Assembly: GCA_041742355.1 (NCBI GenBank) | Contig: JBGSIV010000220.1 | Span: 1-26,412 of the forward strand | DNA from: Candidatus Zixiibacteriota bacterium | GTDB taxonomy: Bacteria; Zixibacteria; MSB-5A5; GN15; FEB-12 | Direction of reading: 5' to 3' | Length of the DNA stretch: 26,412 nt | Shown here: one piece after another, positions 8,893 through 17,513 of the stretch | Layout of the letters: every line of letters begins with the position of its first letter | Position numbering within the stretch: position 1 is the first letter of the stretch | Position numbers and translations under genes: made by a program | The notes under the pieces: model-generated | Seen by the model: the letters and a program-made list of their open reading frames with translations, nothing else | The model's database searches: none | Told to the model about the DNA's origin: nothing

Positions 8893-9305
8893 GCCGGGTG
8901 GACAAGACCAAAGTCAACGTCATCGACCTTGCCGACGGCCTCACGCCGCATGATGAGGCAACGGCAGTGCGTTGCAAGTTCATCCTCGTGAGCCAGGAAC
9001 AGGAGGTGACCCTCGTTTTCGGCCGGATCGCCGAATACAAGTATCACGCCAACCTCCTGGAGCGATTCTGCTGGATGCACCGGATTCCCTCCGGTTGGGA
9101 GCACAAGCCGGACATATATGCCCTCTACGAGAAGGGGGTCAATGTGCGGGGGGGAGGGTACTTCATCGTCGATTACTGTGGCCGGGTGCTTCGCATCTTC
9201 GGGCGTTCCACGGCCTACGGGGCCTACGACGAGGATCGGCTGCGAAAGGTGCTGGCCGGGTCGCCTCACTTTTCTACGTGGGAGATCGATTGGGAAGGAG
9301 ACTAA
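8889..9305 (+). CDS. Hypothetical protein resembling the Janus/Ocnus (PHPT1) phosphohistidine phosphatase family
   Basis: Colinear motifs CKFILV / LVFG..YKYHANL / VRGGGY / LRIFGRSTAYG / WEIDW, against PHPT1 FKYVLI / IVRG..EYHADI / CLGGGR / IHVYGYSMAYG / YEVTW. ATGA overlap with the PHP gene. Confidence 0.65.
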   Translation: MSRVDKTKVNVIDLADGLTPHDEATAVRCKFILVSQEQEVTLVFGRIAEYKYHANLLERFCWMHRIPSGWEHKPDIYALYEKGVNVRGGGYFIVDYCGRVLRIFGRSTAYGAYDEDRLRKVLAGSPHFSTWEIDWEGD

Positions 9306-9335
9306 CTTTATGCTCTTTTTTTCACAACCACAGAG

Positions 9336-9364
9336 TTGTGCTTCGACGTGCGAAAGAGTATAAT
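9336..9364 (+). promoter_or_regulatory. Distal sigma70-type promoter upstream of the nuo operon (P1)
   Basis: TTGTGC (9336-9341), 17 nt, TATAAT (9359-9364, perfect -10) in an AT-richer intergenic region. Confidence 0.6.
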
Positions 9365-9443
9365 GGTTTGTACAGCAGGGGGTTGGCCGCAGTACCCGGA
9401 TCTGTGACATAAGCTGACGGACTTGGGGTACAGGCAATTGTGC

Positions 9444-9472
9444 TTGACAACAGTACAGGTATAAACTAAAGT
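9444..9472 (+). promoter_or_regulatory. Proximal sigma70-type promoter of the nuo operon (P2)
   Basis: TTGACA (9444-9449, perfect -35), 17 nt, TAAAGT (9467-9472), about 30 nt before the nuoA ATG. Confidence 0.65.
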
Positions 9473-9502
9473 TGGTGAACTGTTTGGTAATGAAGAGTAA
9501 AT

Positions 9503-9859
9503 ATGTTTGATACCTTCTTCCCAATTCTGCTTCTCGTAATTGTCGCAACCGGCATCGCCGGTGTTCTGGTCGCGTTCTCCATACTCTTCGGCCGGCGCAC
9601 CTCGCTGGGTAAGAAGAACGAGCCATACGAGTGCGGCATCGAGCCCTTTGGCAACACCAGGAACCCGGTGCCGGTCAAATTCTACCTCGTTGCTATTTCG
9701 TTCATTCTGTTTGATATAGAGCTGATTTTCCTTCTCCCCTGGGCAGTGGTCGCCCGCGACTTGGGCGCCTACGGCTTTTGGTCCATGGCCGTCTTTGTGA
9801 CAATTATTGTCGTCGGCTACGTGTACGAATTGAGCCGGGGAGCGCTGAAATGGGATTAG
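9503..9859 (+). CDS. nuoA: NADH-quinone oxidoreductase subunit A
   Basis: [39 protein letters not shown]. Confidence 0.97.
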   Translation: MFDTFFPILLLVIVATGIAGVLVAFSILFGRRTSLGKKNEPYECGIEPFGNTRNPVPVKFYLVAISFILFDIELIFLLPWAVVARDLGAYGFWSMAVFVTIIVVGYVYELSRGALKWD

Positions 9860-10353
9860 AAGAGAAGATCCCCGACTCAATCATCCTGACCTCGCTGGAC
9901 AAGATGGTCAACTGGGCTCGGAAACGGTCGATGTGGCCGCTCGGGTTCGGACTGGCGTGCTGCGCTATTGAGATGATTTCGACGTTTGCCTCGCACTTTG
10001 ATCTGGCCCGCTATGGCATGGAGGTCATGCGGCCGTCGCCGCGCCAGGCCGACCTGATGATCGTGGCCGGCCGGGTCTCGGTGAAAATGGCGCCGGTGGT
10101 TAAGACCCTGTACGAGCAGATGCCTAACCCGAAATGGGTCATTTCGATGGGAGCATGCGCCTCGTGTGGCGGTGTCTTCAATAATTACGCGATCGTCCAG
10201 GGCGTTGATCGAATCATCCCCGTGGACATATACGTTCCCGGCTGCCCTCCGCGGCCCGAACAACTCATGGATGGTATTCTGCGGCTCTACGAGAAGGTTG
10301 AGAAAGAGTCCGTAAAGGATGTGCGCGACGAGTGGGGGCGCAGGGCCGTATAA
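9850..10353 (+). CDS. nuoB: NADH-quinone oxidoreductase subunit B
   Basis: [45 protein letters not shown] (N2 ligands). Start moved to ATG 9850 (MGLEEK), which overlaps the end of nuoA. Confidence 0.97.
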   Translation: MGLEEKIPDSIILTSLDKMVNWARKRSMWPLGFGLACCAIEMISTFASHFDLARYGMEVMRPSPRQADLMIVAGRVSVKMAPVVKTLYEQMPNPKWVISMGACASCGGVFNNYAIVQGVDRIIPVDIYVPGCPPRPEQLMDGILRLYEKVEKESVKDVRDEWGRRAV

Positions 10354-10374
10354 GATCGGGCAGTAAGCGACAGC

Positions 10375-10941
10375 ATGACGGAAACTAACGACCAGCACAT
10401 TGTGAATTCCGGAACAAGCCTGGATATCGACGCAAGGATCCGGCAGTTCCTAATCGAGCAGTTCGGCGATGCCATCCTCAAGGATGAGGTGTTCCGCGGC
10501 GACCGCCAGTACACGGTCAAGGCGGAAAAGCTGTACTCCATCTGCCGCGCGTTGCAGGACAACGACAGCCTGGATGTGCGCTGGCTCGCCGATATCACCT
10601 GCGTCGATTGGCTCGGCCATCCCGAGGAAGAGCACGGCCGATTTGAAGTCGTTTACAACCTCTGCTCGCTGAGCCACAAGTACCGCTTTTTCCTCATGGC
10701 CCGTCTCCCGGGCGACAATCCCCGCATTCAGTCGGTCGTCGACCTCTGGCACGGCGCGAACTGGCTCGAACGCGAGGTGTGGGATTTGTTCGGCATCCGA
10801 TTCGAAGGCCACCCGGAACTGACCAAGATCCTGACCCCCGACGAACTGGAGGGACATCCGCTGCGGAAGGATTTCCCCTTGACCTACGAGCAGCCCAAAT
10901 TCAGTTGGAATCTGAATGAACCGCCGGAGATCGTGAAATAA
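10375..10941 (+). CDS. nuoC: NADH-quinone oxidoreductase subunit C
   Basis: RFEVVYNL, ANWLEREVWDLFGIRFEGHP, GHPLRKDFPL. Confidence 0.97.
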   Translation: MTETNDQHIVNSGTSLDIDARIRQFLIEQFGDAILKDEVFRGDRQYTVKAEKLYSICRALQDNDSLDVRWLADITCVDWLGHPEEEHGRFEVVYNLCSLSHKYRFFLMARLPGDNPRIQSVVDLWHGANWLEREVWDLFGIRFEGHPELTKILTPDELEGHPLRKDFPLTYEQPKFSWNLNEPPEIVK

Positions 10942-12116
10942 TGGCCACCGGAGAGAAGACCATAACCATTAATATGGGCCCCCAGCACCCGTCGACCCAC
11001 GGTGTGCTCCGGGTAATTGTCGAACTCGACGGTGAAACGGTCGTCCGCGCCCGCCCGGTGATTGGCTACCTCCATACGGGTATCGAAAAGACCATGGAGT
11101 CCAAGCTGTACTATAAGGCGCTGCCCTGCACCGACCGCATGGACTACCTCGCTCCGATGTCGAACAACCTCGGCTACTGCCTGGCGGTCGAGAAGCTCAT
11201 GGGCATCGAGGTACCCGAAAAAGTCAAGTGGGCGCGAGTCTGCCTTGCCGAGTTGACCCGTATCAACTCCCACCTGGTCTGGCTCGGCACGCACGCCCTC
11301 GATCTCGGTGCGATGTCGATGCTCCTCTATACGTTTCGCGAACGGGAGCTGATCCTCGACATCTACGAGGCCTGCGGCGGCCAGCGCATGATGACCAGCT
11401 ACATCCGCATCGGCGGGCTCGCTCACGAACTGCCCGGGGACTTCGACGTCAGGGTCCGCAAAATGGTCGACACCATCAGCGAACGGATGAAGGATTACGA
11501 GGGCCTGCTCACCAATAACGAGATTTTCATCAGCCGCACCAAGGGTGTGGCCGTGATCTCGGCCGAAGATGCGATCAACTGGTCGCTTTCCGGCCCGATG
11601 CTGCGCGGCTCCGGTATTGCCCGCGACCTCCGCAAAGATGCGCCTTACTCGGGTTACGAGAACTTCGATTTTAAAGTCGCCCTCGGCAAAAAGGGGGACG
11701 CCTACGACCGCTACCTCCTTCGCCTGGAGGAAATCCGGCAGTCGCTGCGGATCTGCCGGCAGGCAATCGACGGCATGCCGGAGGGTCCATACCGGGCCCA
11801 TGTCCCGGGGGTCGTACTGCCGCCCAAAGAAGATGTGCTGTACAAGATGGAGTCGATGATTTTCCACTTCAAGATAATCACCGAAGGATTCAGCGCCCCG
11901 GTCGGCTCGGTTTACCAGGGGATCGAATCCCCCAAGGGTGAACTCGGGTTTTACATCACCGGCGATGGCACCAACCATCCGCGCCGGATCCGGGTCCGCC
12001 CGCCGTCGTTCGTCAACCTGGCCTGTCTGCCGAAGTTGTGCGAAGGCCGCCTGTTCTCCGACGTCGTCTGCGCCATCGGTTCCATAGATATCGTGCTCGG
12101 TGAGGTGGATCGATGA
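10941..12116 (+). CDS. nuoD: NADH-quinone oxidoreductase subunit D
   Basis: NMGPQHPSTHGVLR, GYLHTGIEK, DRMDY, ESPKGELG, DIVLGEVDR. Confidence 0.98.
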   Translation: MATGEKTITINMGPQHPSTHGVLRVIVELDGETVVRARPVIGYLHTGIEKTMESKLYYKALPCTDRMDYLAPMSNNLGYCLAVEKLMGIEVPEKVKWARVCLAELTRINSHLVWLGTHALDLGAMSMLLYTFRERELILDIYEACGGQRMMTSYIRIGGLAHELPGDFDVRVRKMVDTISERMKDYEGLLTNNEIFISRTKGVAVISAEDAINWSLSGPMLRGSGIARDLRKDAPYSGYENFDFKVALGKKGDAYDRYLLRLEEIRQSLRICRQAIDGMPEGPYRAHVPGVVLPPKEDVLYKMESMIFHFKIITEGFSAPVGSVYQGIESPKGELGFYITGDGTNHPRRIRVRPPSFVNLACLPKLCEGRLFSDVVCAIGSIDIVLGEVDR

Positions 12117-12589
12117 TACTGACCCAGGAATCGGTCAAGCTGATTAAAGAAAAGGTGCCGCTCTACCCGCGGCGCAAGTCGGCCATTCTGCCGGCGCTGA
12201 CGATTGCCTACCACCAGCTGGGCTATGTCGATGACGACATCTACCGCGAGATCGCCGACATTATCAAAGTCCCGTATGTCGAGATCGCCGAGGCGGCGAC
12301 ATTCTACACGATGTTTCCCAAGGCACCGCGCGGCAAGTATCTGATCCAGGTCTGCCACAATATCTCCTGCGCGCTCCTGGGGGCTGATTCCCTTATCGGC
12401 TACCTCGAGAAGCGCCTCGGTATCGCCAAAGGGGAGACCACCCCGGACAAGCTGTTCACGCTGATTTCCGTGGAATGCCTCGGATCGTGTGCGACCGCCC
12501 CGATGATGCAGATTAACCACGATTTCTACGAGAATCTGACCCCCCAGAAGGTGGATCAGATCCTTGATGAGTTGAGGGCCGAAGCCTGA
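12113..12589 (+). CDS. nuoE: NADH-quinone oxidoreductase subunit E
   Basis: ATFYTMF, VCHNISC, VECLGSCATAPMM (N1a [2Fe-2S] ligands). Confidence 0.97.
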   Translation: MILTQESVKLIKEKVPLYPRRKSAILPALTIAYHQLGYVDDDIYREIADIIKVPYVEIAEAATFYTMFPKAPRGKYLIQVCHNISCALLGADSLIGYLEKRLGIAKGETTPDKLFTLISVECLGSCATAPMMQINHDFYENLTPQKVDQILDELRAEA

Positions 12590-13926
12590 TGTTCTACTCG
12601 CCCGTCATAACGAACGCGGCCGAAGCCGCGACGAATGACAAGCTGCACCTGTTCAAGTACGTCGAGGATCCCGAACAGCATAAGCTCGAGACGTACGTCA
12701 AACACTGCGGCTACCAGGCCTGGCAGAAAGTCCTCGCCGGTATGAAGCCGGACGAGGTAATCGACGAGGTCAAGCGCTCCGGCCTCCGCGGCCGCGGAGG
12801 CGCCGGTTTCCCCACCGGCATGAAATGGAGTTTTGTCCCGAAAAACTCCCCCAAACCCCGCTACCTCTGCTGCAACGCCGACGAATCCGAACCGGGCACC
12901 TGCAAGGACCGCGTGCTCATGGAACGCGACCCGCACGGCGTGATCGAGGGCATGGCTATTGCCGCCTACGCTATCGGCTGCCACCGCATGTTCATCTACA
13001 TCCGGGGCGAATTCGGCCACCCCATCCGGCGCATGGAAGAAGCGGTGGCGGAAGCCTACAAAGGCGGACACCTTGGCAAAAACATCTACGGCTCCGGCTA
13101 CGACCTTGACATGGTGGTCCACACCGGCGGCGGTGCCTATATCTGCGGCGAAGAAACCGCCCTGCTGAATTCGCTCGAAGGAGAGCGCGGCATGTCCCGT
13201 ATCCGCCCGCCCTTCCCGGCGATCGAGGGCCTGTACGCCTGCCCGACGATCGTCAATAACGTCGAATCGCTCGCGGCCGTGCCGCACATCATTCGCCACG
13301 GCGCCGACTGGTACAAGAAGATGGGCACGGAGAAGTCGGCCGGCACCAAAATTTTCTCCCTCTCCGGCCACGTCAACCGCCCCGGTAACTACGAAGTCGA
13401 GCTCGGCTTCCCGTTGAAAAAGCTCATCTACGACCCGGCCTACGGCGCGGGCATCAAAGACGGCAAGAAGCTGAAAGGTGTTATCCCCGGCGGTGCCTCG
13501 ACGCCGTTCCTCACCCCGGACATGCTCGAGAAAGCCAATCTCGACTATGAGTCGCTCCAGTCGGTTGGCTCGATGCTCGGGTCCGGCGCGGTAATCGTCT
13601 TCAACGAAGATACGTGCATCGTATGGACTATTCTGAAACTCATCCACTTCTTCCGGCACGAGTCCTGCGGTAAGTGCACGCCCTGCCGCGAGGGCACCGG
13701 CTGGCTGGAGCAGGTGATCCATCGCATCGAGGACGGCCACGGCCGCCAGGGCGATCTTGAAATGATAGAAAACGTGTGCGGCAATATCCTCGGACGGACT
13801 ATCTGCCCGCTGGGTGATGCCGCCGTGATGCCGATTCAATCGGCGGTCAAACACTGGCGCGACGAGTGGGTGTACCACATCGAGCACGGCAAGTGCCAGG
13901 TGAAACCGCACTTCCCTTTTAAGTAA
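12589..13926 (+). CDS. nuoF: NADH-quinone oxidoreductase subunit F
   Basis: GLRGRGGAGFPTGMKW, NADESEPGTCKDR, GAYICGEETAL, ESCGKCTPCREG...TICPLG (FMN/NADH site, N3). Confidence 0.98.
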   Translation: MFYSPVITNAAEAATNDKLHLFKYVEDPEQHKLETYVKHCGYQAWQKVLAGMKPDEVIDEVKRSGLRGRGGAGFPTGMKWSFVPKNSPKPRYLCCNADESEPGTCKDRVLMERDPHGVIEGMAIAAYAIGCHRMFIYIRGEFGHPIRRMEEAVAEAYKGGHLGKNIYGSGYDLDMVVHTGGGAYICGEETALLNSLEGERGMSRIRPPFPAIEGLYACPTIVNNVESLAAVPHIIRHGADWYKKMGTEKSAGTKIFSLSGHVNRPGNYEVELGFPLKKLIYDPAYGAGIKDGKKLKGVIPGGASTPFLTPDMLEKANLDYESLQSVGSMLGSGAVIVFNEDTCIVWTILKLIHFFRHESCGKCTPCREGTGWLEQVIHRIEDGHGRQGDLEMIENVCGNILGRTICPLGDAAVMPIQSAVKHWRDEWVYHIEHGKCQVKPHFPFK

Positions 13927-13932
13927 GGCAGC

Positions 13933-16500
13933 ATGGCCCAGGACGTCAAAGATACACAGCAGCCGAAGACGGAGATCCCGACGGTTACGCTCACGATCGA
14001 CGGTCGCGCAGTGTCGGTGCCCAAGGGGACGACAGTGCTCGACGCCGCCCGTCAGCTCGGAATCCATATCCCGACCTTCTGCTGGCATCCCAAGCTCAAG
14101 TCGGTCGGCGCCTGCCGCATGTGTTATGTCGAGATCGAGAAGATGCCGAAGCTGCAGGTCTCATGTGCGACCGAAGCAATGGAAGGCATGGTCGTGCGCA
14201 CCGACTCCGACCAGGTCAAGCAGGGGCGCAAAGCGGTGCTCGAGTTCATCCTGCTCAACCACCCGCTCGACTGCCCGACCTGCGACAAGGGCGGGGAGTG
14301 CGACCTCCAGAACCTCACCTTCCGCCACGGCTTCGATGACAGCCGCTTCGAGTTCCAAAAGTACCGGTTCACCCACGGCGCCGAACATACGACCTTTGAC
14401 GACGTGCGGATCGGCCCGGAAATCGTCCTGAACCGGAATCGCTGCATCCTGTGCTACAAGTGCGTACGGGCGAACAAGGAAGCCTTCGGCGAGTACGACC
14501 TCGGCGTCTACGAGCGCGGCAACATCGCCGAGATCAATGCAGCCCCCGGCGAACTGGTCGACAACCCGTTTTCCGGCAACCTCGTCGAGATCTGCCCGGT
14601 CGGCGCGCTGACCAACTCCGACTGGCGCTATAAGATCCGCGTTTGGCTGACCAAGACCACGCCCTCGGTGTGCAACTTCTCCAGCACCGGCGCGAATATT
14701 CTGTTCTTCAAAGAAGACCATCAGAACAAGATCTTCCGCACCACCTCCCGGCGCAATGATGCGATCGACGATGGCTGGATTGCGGACGTCACCCGCTACG
14801 GGTACCAGATCGTCGGCTCGCCAGAGCGCCTGCGGACACCGCTCATTCGCCGCAACGGCAAGCAGGAACCGGCCACCTGGGACGAAGCGCTCGAACTCAT
14901 TCGCCGCCGCTTCGGCGAGATCACCGAGCGCAAAGGAAAAGTATGTATCGGCGGGCTGGCATCGCCGACCCTCGACAACGCGGCGCTGTATGCGTTCTCG
15001 AAGTTGTTCCGGACAGTCCTGAAATCGAACAATGTCGATTACCGCATCGACTACAAGATGCTCCCGACCTCGGACGGCAGCCTCTACCTGCGGCTGTCCC
15101 GGCGGCCATTCCGCATCGCCGATCTCGATACGAGCGACGTCATTGTGACCTTCGGCTCCGACCTCGTCCGTGAGCACCAGTTGCCCTACCTGCGTGTTCG
15201 CAAAGCCTGCAGCTTTAACGCTGCCCGGTACTTCTCCCTGACGCCGTATCCGGTGAAATCGGCCGATGTGGCCGAGTCCGAGCTGATCTACCGCTCCGGG
15301 ACCGAAGAGGTGGTGCTGACCGCTATCGGTCTGGCTGCCGTCGAAATGGGCCTGGTCGAAAAGTCGCTGGCGGCGGAGTTCAGCCGAAAGGTTGAGCCGA
15401 AGACACTGGCTGAGGCCTCGGCGATCTGCGGCGTCGACGAAGAGAGCATCCGCCTGCTGGCGCGAGCAATCGCAGATGCGCGTAAGGTTTCGATGTTCAC
15501 CGGAGAAATTGTCAGCGGATCGCCGGCGCGCGATATGATCGCGGCGGCGGCCCTGAATCTCAACCGACTCCTCGGCATTGAGCAGCGCGGACAACTCGCT
15601 GCTCTCGCCCACAGCGCCAACTCGGTCGGTGCCGAGAAGCTGGGCGTCGCACCTGCGCCGCCGGCGAGTGTCGTCGCGAAGCTGAAAGAGCTATGGGGCC
15701 AGTACCCCGAGGCAGAACCGTGCACCACCGATAAGATGCTGGCGCTGATGCGCAAGGAAGATATCGACGGCTTCTTCATTGTCGGGGCCGATCCCGTTAT
15801 GACCTACCCCGAACGCCAGTTCGCCGTCGATGGCCTGGAAAAGCTCGACTTCCTCGTCGTCTGTGATCTCTTTGAAACGGCGACGACCGAGCTGGCCGAC
15901 GTCGTCCTGCCGCTGGCGAGCTGGGCCGAGTTCGCCGGTGATTACACGAACCTCGAGGGGCGTGTGCAGCGGGCGGAACGGGCAATCAAGCCGATGCACC
16001 AGTCGAAGACACCCCTGGAGATCATCAACCTGATCGCCGAACGACTGGGGGGGAGGCTGTTCGAGACAGACCAGCACATGCAACGCGAAGTGTCCGCCCT
16101 CCTGGCCCTGCCGGATCAGGCGCACGCACCCGGGGAGTTCCTCGCGGTTGTTCCCGCGTCCGATGAAAACGCCAATGGCTCTGCGCTGCCCCTGTACGTG
16201 TGCGATGACCCGCATCACAGCGGCCACCTGACCGAAAAGGCCCACTCGCTGGCGAACTTCTGCGGCGAGGCCTACGTCGAGATGTCGCCCGATTTGGCGG
16301 CCAGACTCGATGTCACTGATGGAACCCCGGTGCGCGTCGAGTCCGAGGCGGGCAAGGTAGTCGTGGCGGTGCGGATTTCGGACCATCTCGATAACGACGT
16401 CGTGCTCATACCGCGCAACTTCGCCGCGACGGCCGTCAATGGGCTGCAACTGCGCAAGAGGCGGGTGGACCGGGTGAAAATCTCGAAAGTGGTTGATTAG
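13933..16500 (+). CDS. nuoG: NADH-quinone oxidoreductase subunit G (long form)
   Basis: IPTFCWHPKL..GACRMC...SC (N1b), HPLDCPTCDKGGEC (N5), RCILCYKC...ICPVGAL (N4), followed by molybdopterin-oxidoreductase-like domains. Confidence 0.96.
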   Translation: MAQDVKDTQQPKTEIPTVTLTIDGRAVSVPKGTTVLDAARQLGIHIPTFCWHPKLKSVGACRMCYVEIEKMPKLQVSCATEAMEGMVVRTDSDQVKQGRKAVLEFILLNHPLDCPTCDKGGECDLQNLTFRHGFDDSRFEFQKYRFTHGAEHTTFDDVRIGPEIVLNRNRCILCYKCVRANKEAFGEYDLGVYERGNIAEINAAPGELVDNPFSGNLVEICPVGALTNSDWRYKIRVWLTKTTPSVCNFSSTGANILFFKEDHQNKIFRTTSRRNDAIDDGWIADVTRYGYQIVGSPERLRTPLIRRNGKQEPATWDEALELIRRRFGEITERKGKVCIGGLASPTLDNAALYAFSKLFRTVLKSNNVDYRIDYKMLPTSDGSLYLRLSRRPFRIADLDTSDVIVTFGSDLVREHQLPYLRVRKACSFNAARYFSLTPYPVKSADVAESELIYRSGTEEVVLTAIGLAAVEMGLVEKSLAAEFSRKVEPKTLAEASAICGVDEESIRLLARAIADARKVSMFTGEIVSGSPARDMIAAAALNLNRLLGIEQRGQLAALAHSANSVGAEKLGVAPAPPASVVAKLKELWGQYPEAEPCTTDKMLALMRKEDIDGFFIVGADPVMTYPERQFAVDGLEKLDFLVVCDLFETATTELADVVLPLASWAEFAGDYTNLEGRVQRAERAIKPMHQSKTPLEIINLIAERLGGRLFETDQHMQREVSALLALPDQAHAPGEFLAVVPASDENANGSALPLYVCDDPHHSGHLTEKAHSLANFCGEAYVEMSPDLAARLDVTDGTPVRVESEAGKVVVAVRISDHLDNDVVLIPRNFAATAVNGLQLRKRRVDRVKISKVVD

Positions 16501-16506
16501 GGATAT

Positions 16507-17490
16507 ATGGTTGAGAGCATTATCATAGCCGTGATCAAGGTCCTCGTGGTGGTCGTCACGGTTCTGACCGGCTGCGCCTACGCGACCTACCTCGAACGCA
16601 AGGTGCTCGGACACCTGCAGCACCGCATCGGGCCATCCTACGCCGGACCGTTCGGATTGCTCCAGCCGCTGGCCGACGGCGTTAAGCTCATCTTCAAGGA
16701 GGACATCGTCCCCGCCAACGCCGAACGTGTCACCTATGCCCTTGCGCCGATCGTATCGTTCGTCCCGGCGCTCATGGCGTTCGCGGTCGTGCCGTTCACG
16801 GCTGATTTCGAGCTCTTCGGCTACGCCATCCAGGGCGTCATCTCCGACTTGAACATCGGCATCCTCTGGATTTTCGCCGTGACCTCGCTGGGTGTCTACG
16901 GCATCGTCTTGGCCGGCTGGTCTTCCGGGTCGAAGTACTCTCTCATGGGCGGCATCCGCTCATCGGCCCAGATGATCTCGTACGAAATTTCTTACGGTCT
17001 CTCGATCATCGGCGTCATTCTGCTGGCCAACACGCTCTCCATGCGTGAACTGGTCGAGCAGCAGGCCACGATCATGGATTGGTACATCTGGAAGCAGCCG
17101 CTCGGGTTCATTCTTTACCTGATCTGCGCGATCGCCGAGACCAACCGCGCGCCGTTCGACCTGCCCGAAGCGGAGAGCGAACTGGTCGCCGGGTACCATA
17201 CCGAGTATTCGTCAATGCGTTTTTCGACTTTTTTTGTCGGCGAGTATGCCGCGATGATCGCGGTGTCGGCCGTGGGCACGACCATATTCTTCGGCGGCTG
17301 GCAGGGACCGCTTTTGCCGCCGTTCATCTGGTTTTTCCTGAAAGTGTTCGCGTTCATGTTCTTCTACATCTGGCTGCGGGCAACCTTCCCGCGGTTGCGC
17401 TATGATCAGCTCATGTCATTCGGCTGGAAAGTCCTGTTCCCGCTGGCGTTACTCAACACGATTGTGACCGCTGCATTCGTGATGCTCTAA
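16507..17490 (+). CDS. nuoH: NADH-quinone oxidoreductase subunit H
   Basis: ERKVLGHLQHRIGP, GLLQPLADGVKLIFKED, AETNRAPFDLPEAESELVAGYHTEYS, PRLRYDQLM. Confidence 0.98.
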   Translation: MVESIIIAVIKVLVVVVTVLTGCAYATYLERKVLGHLQHRIGPSYAGPFGLLQPLADGVKLIFKEDIVPANAERVTYALAPIVSFVPALMAFAVVPFTADFELFGYAIQGVISDLNIGILWIFAVTSLGVYGIVLAGWSSGSKYSLMGGIRSSAQMISYEISYGLSIIGVILLANTLSMRELVEQQATIMDWYIWKQPLGFILYLICAIAETNRAPFDLPEAESELVAGYHTEYSSMRFSTFFVGEYAAMIAVSAVGTTIFFGGWQGPLLPPFIWFFLKVFAFMFFYIWLRATFPRLRYDQLMSFGWKVLFPLALLNTIVTAAFVML

Positions 17491-17513
17491 CAGGGATGAT
17501 GAGGTAGCAGGCG

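Noticed and set aside
9314..9340. T-run plus CACAAC/GTTGTG hairpin as a terminator for the upstream operon
   Set aside because: The T-run precedes the stem, which is the wrong order for a + strand terminator and gives an A-tail on the - strand. Kept only as a possible operator.
9778..9849. ORF-track N-terminal extension of NuoB
   Set aside because: It lies inside nuoA. ATG 9850, overlapping the nuoA W-D-stop end, is the usual arrangement.
12556..14088. Long minus-strand ORFs antisense to nuo genes (510 aa here; also 14161-15612, 18897-20312, 21355-22452, 10884-11978)
   Set aside because: They are shadows of GC-biased codon usage opposite clearly conserved nuo genes and show no recognisable motifs.
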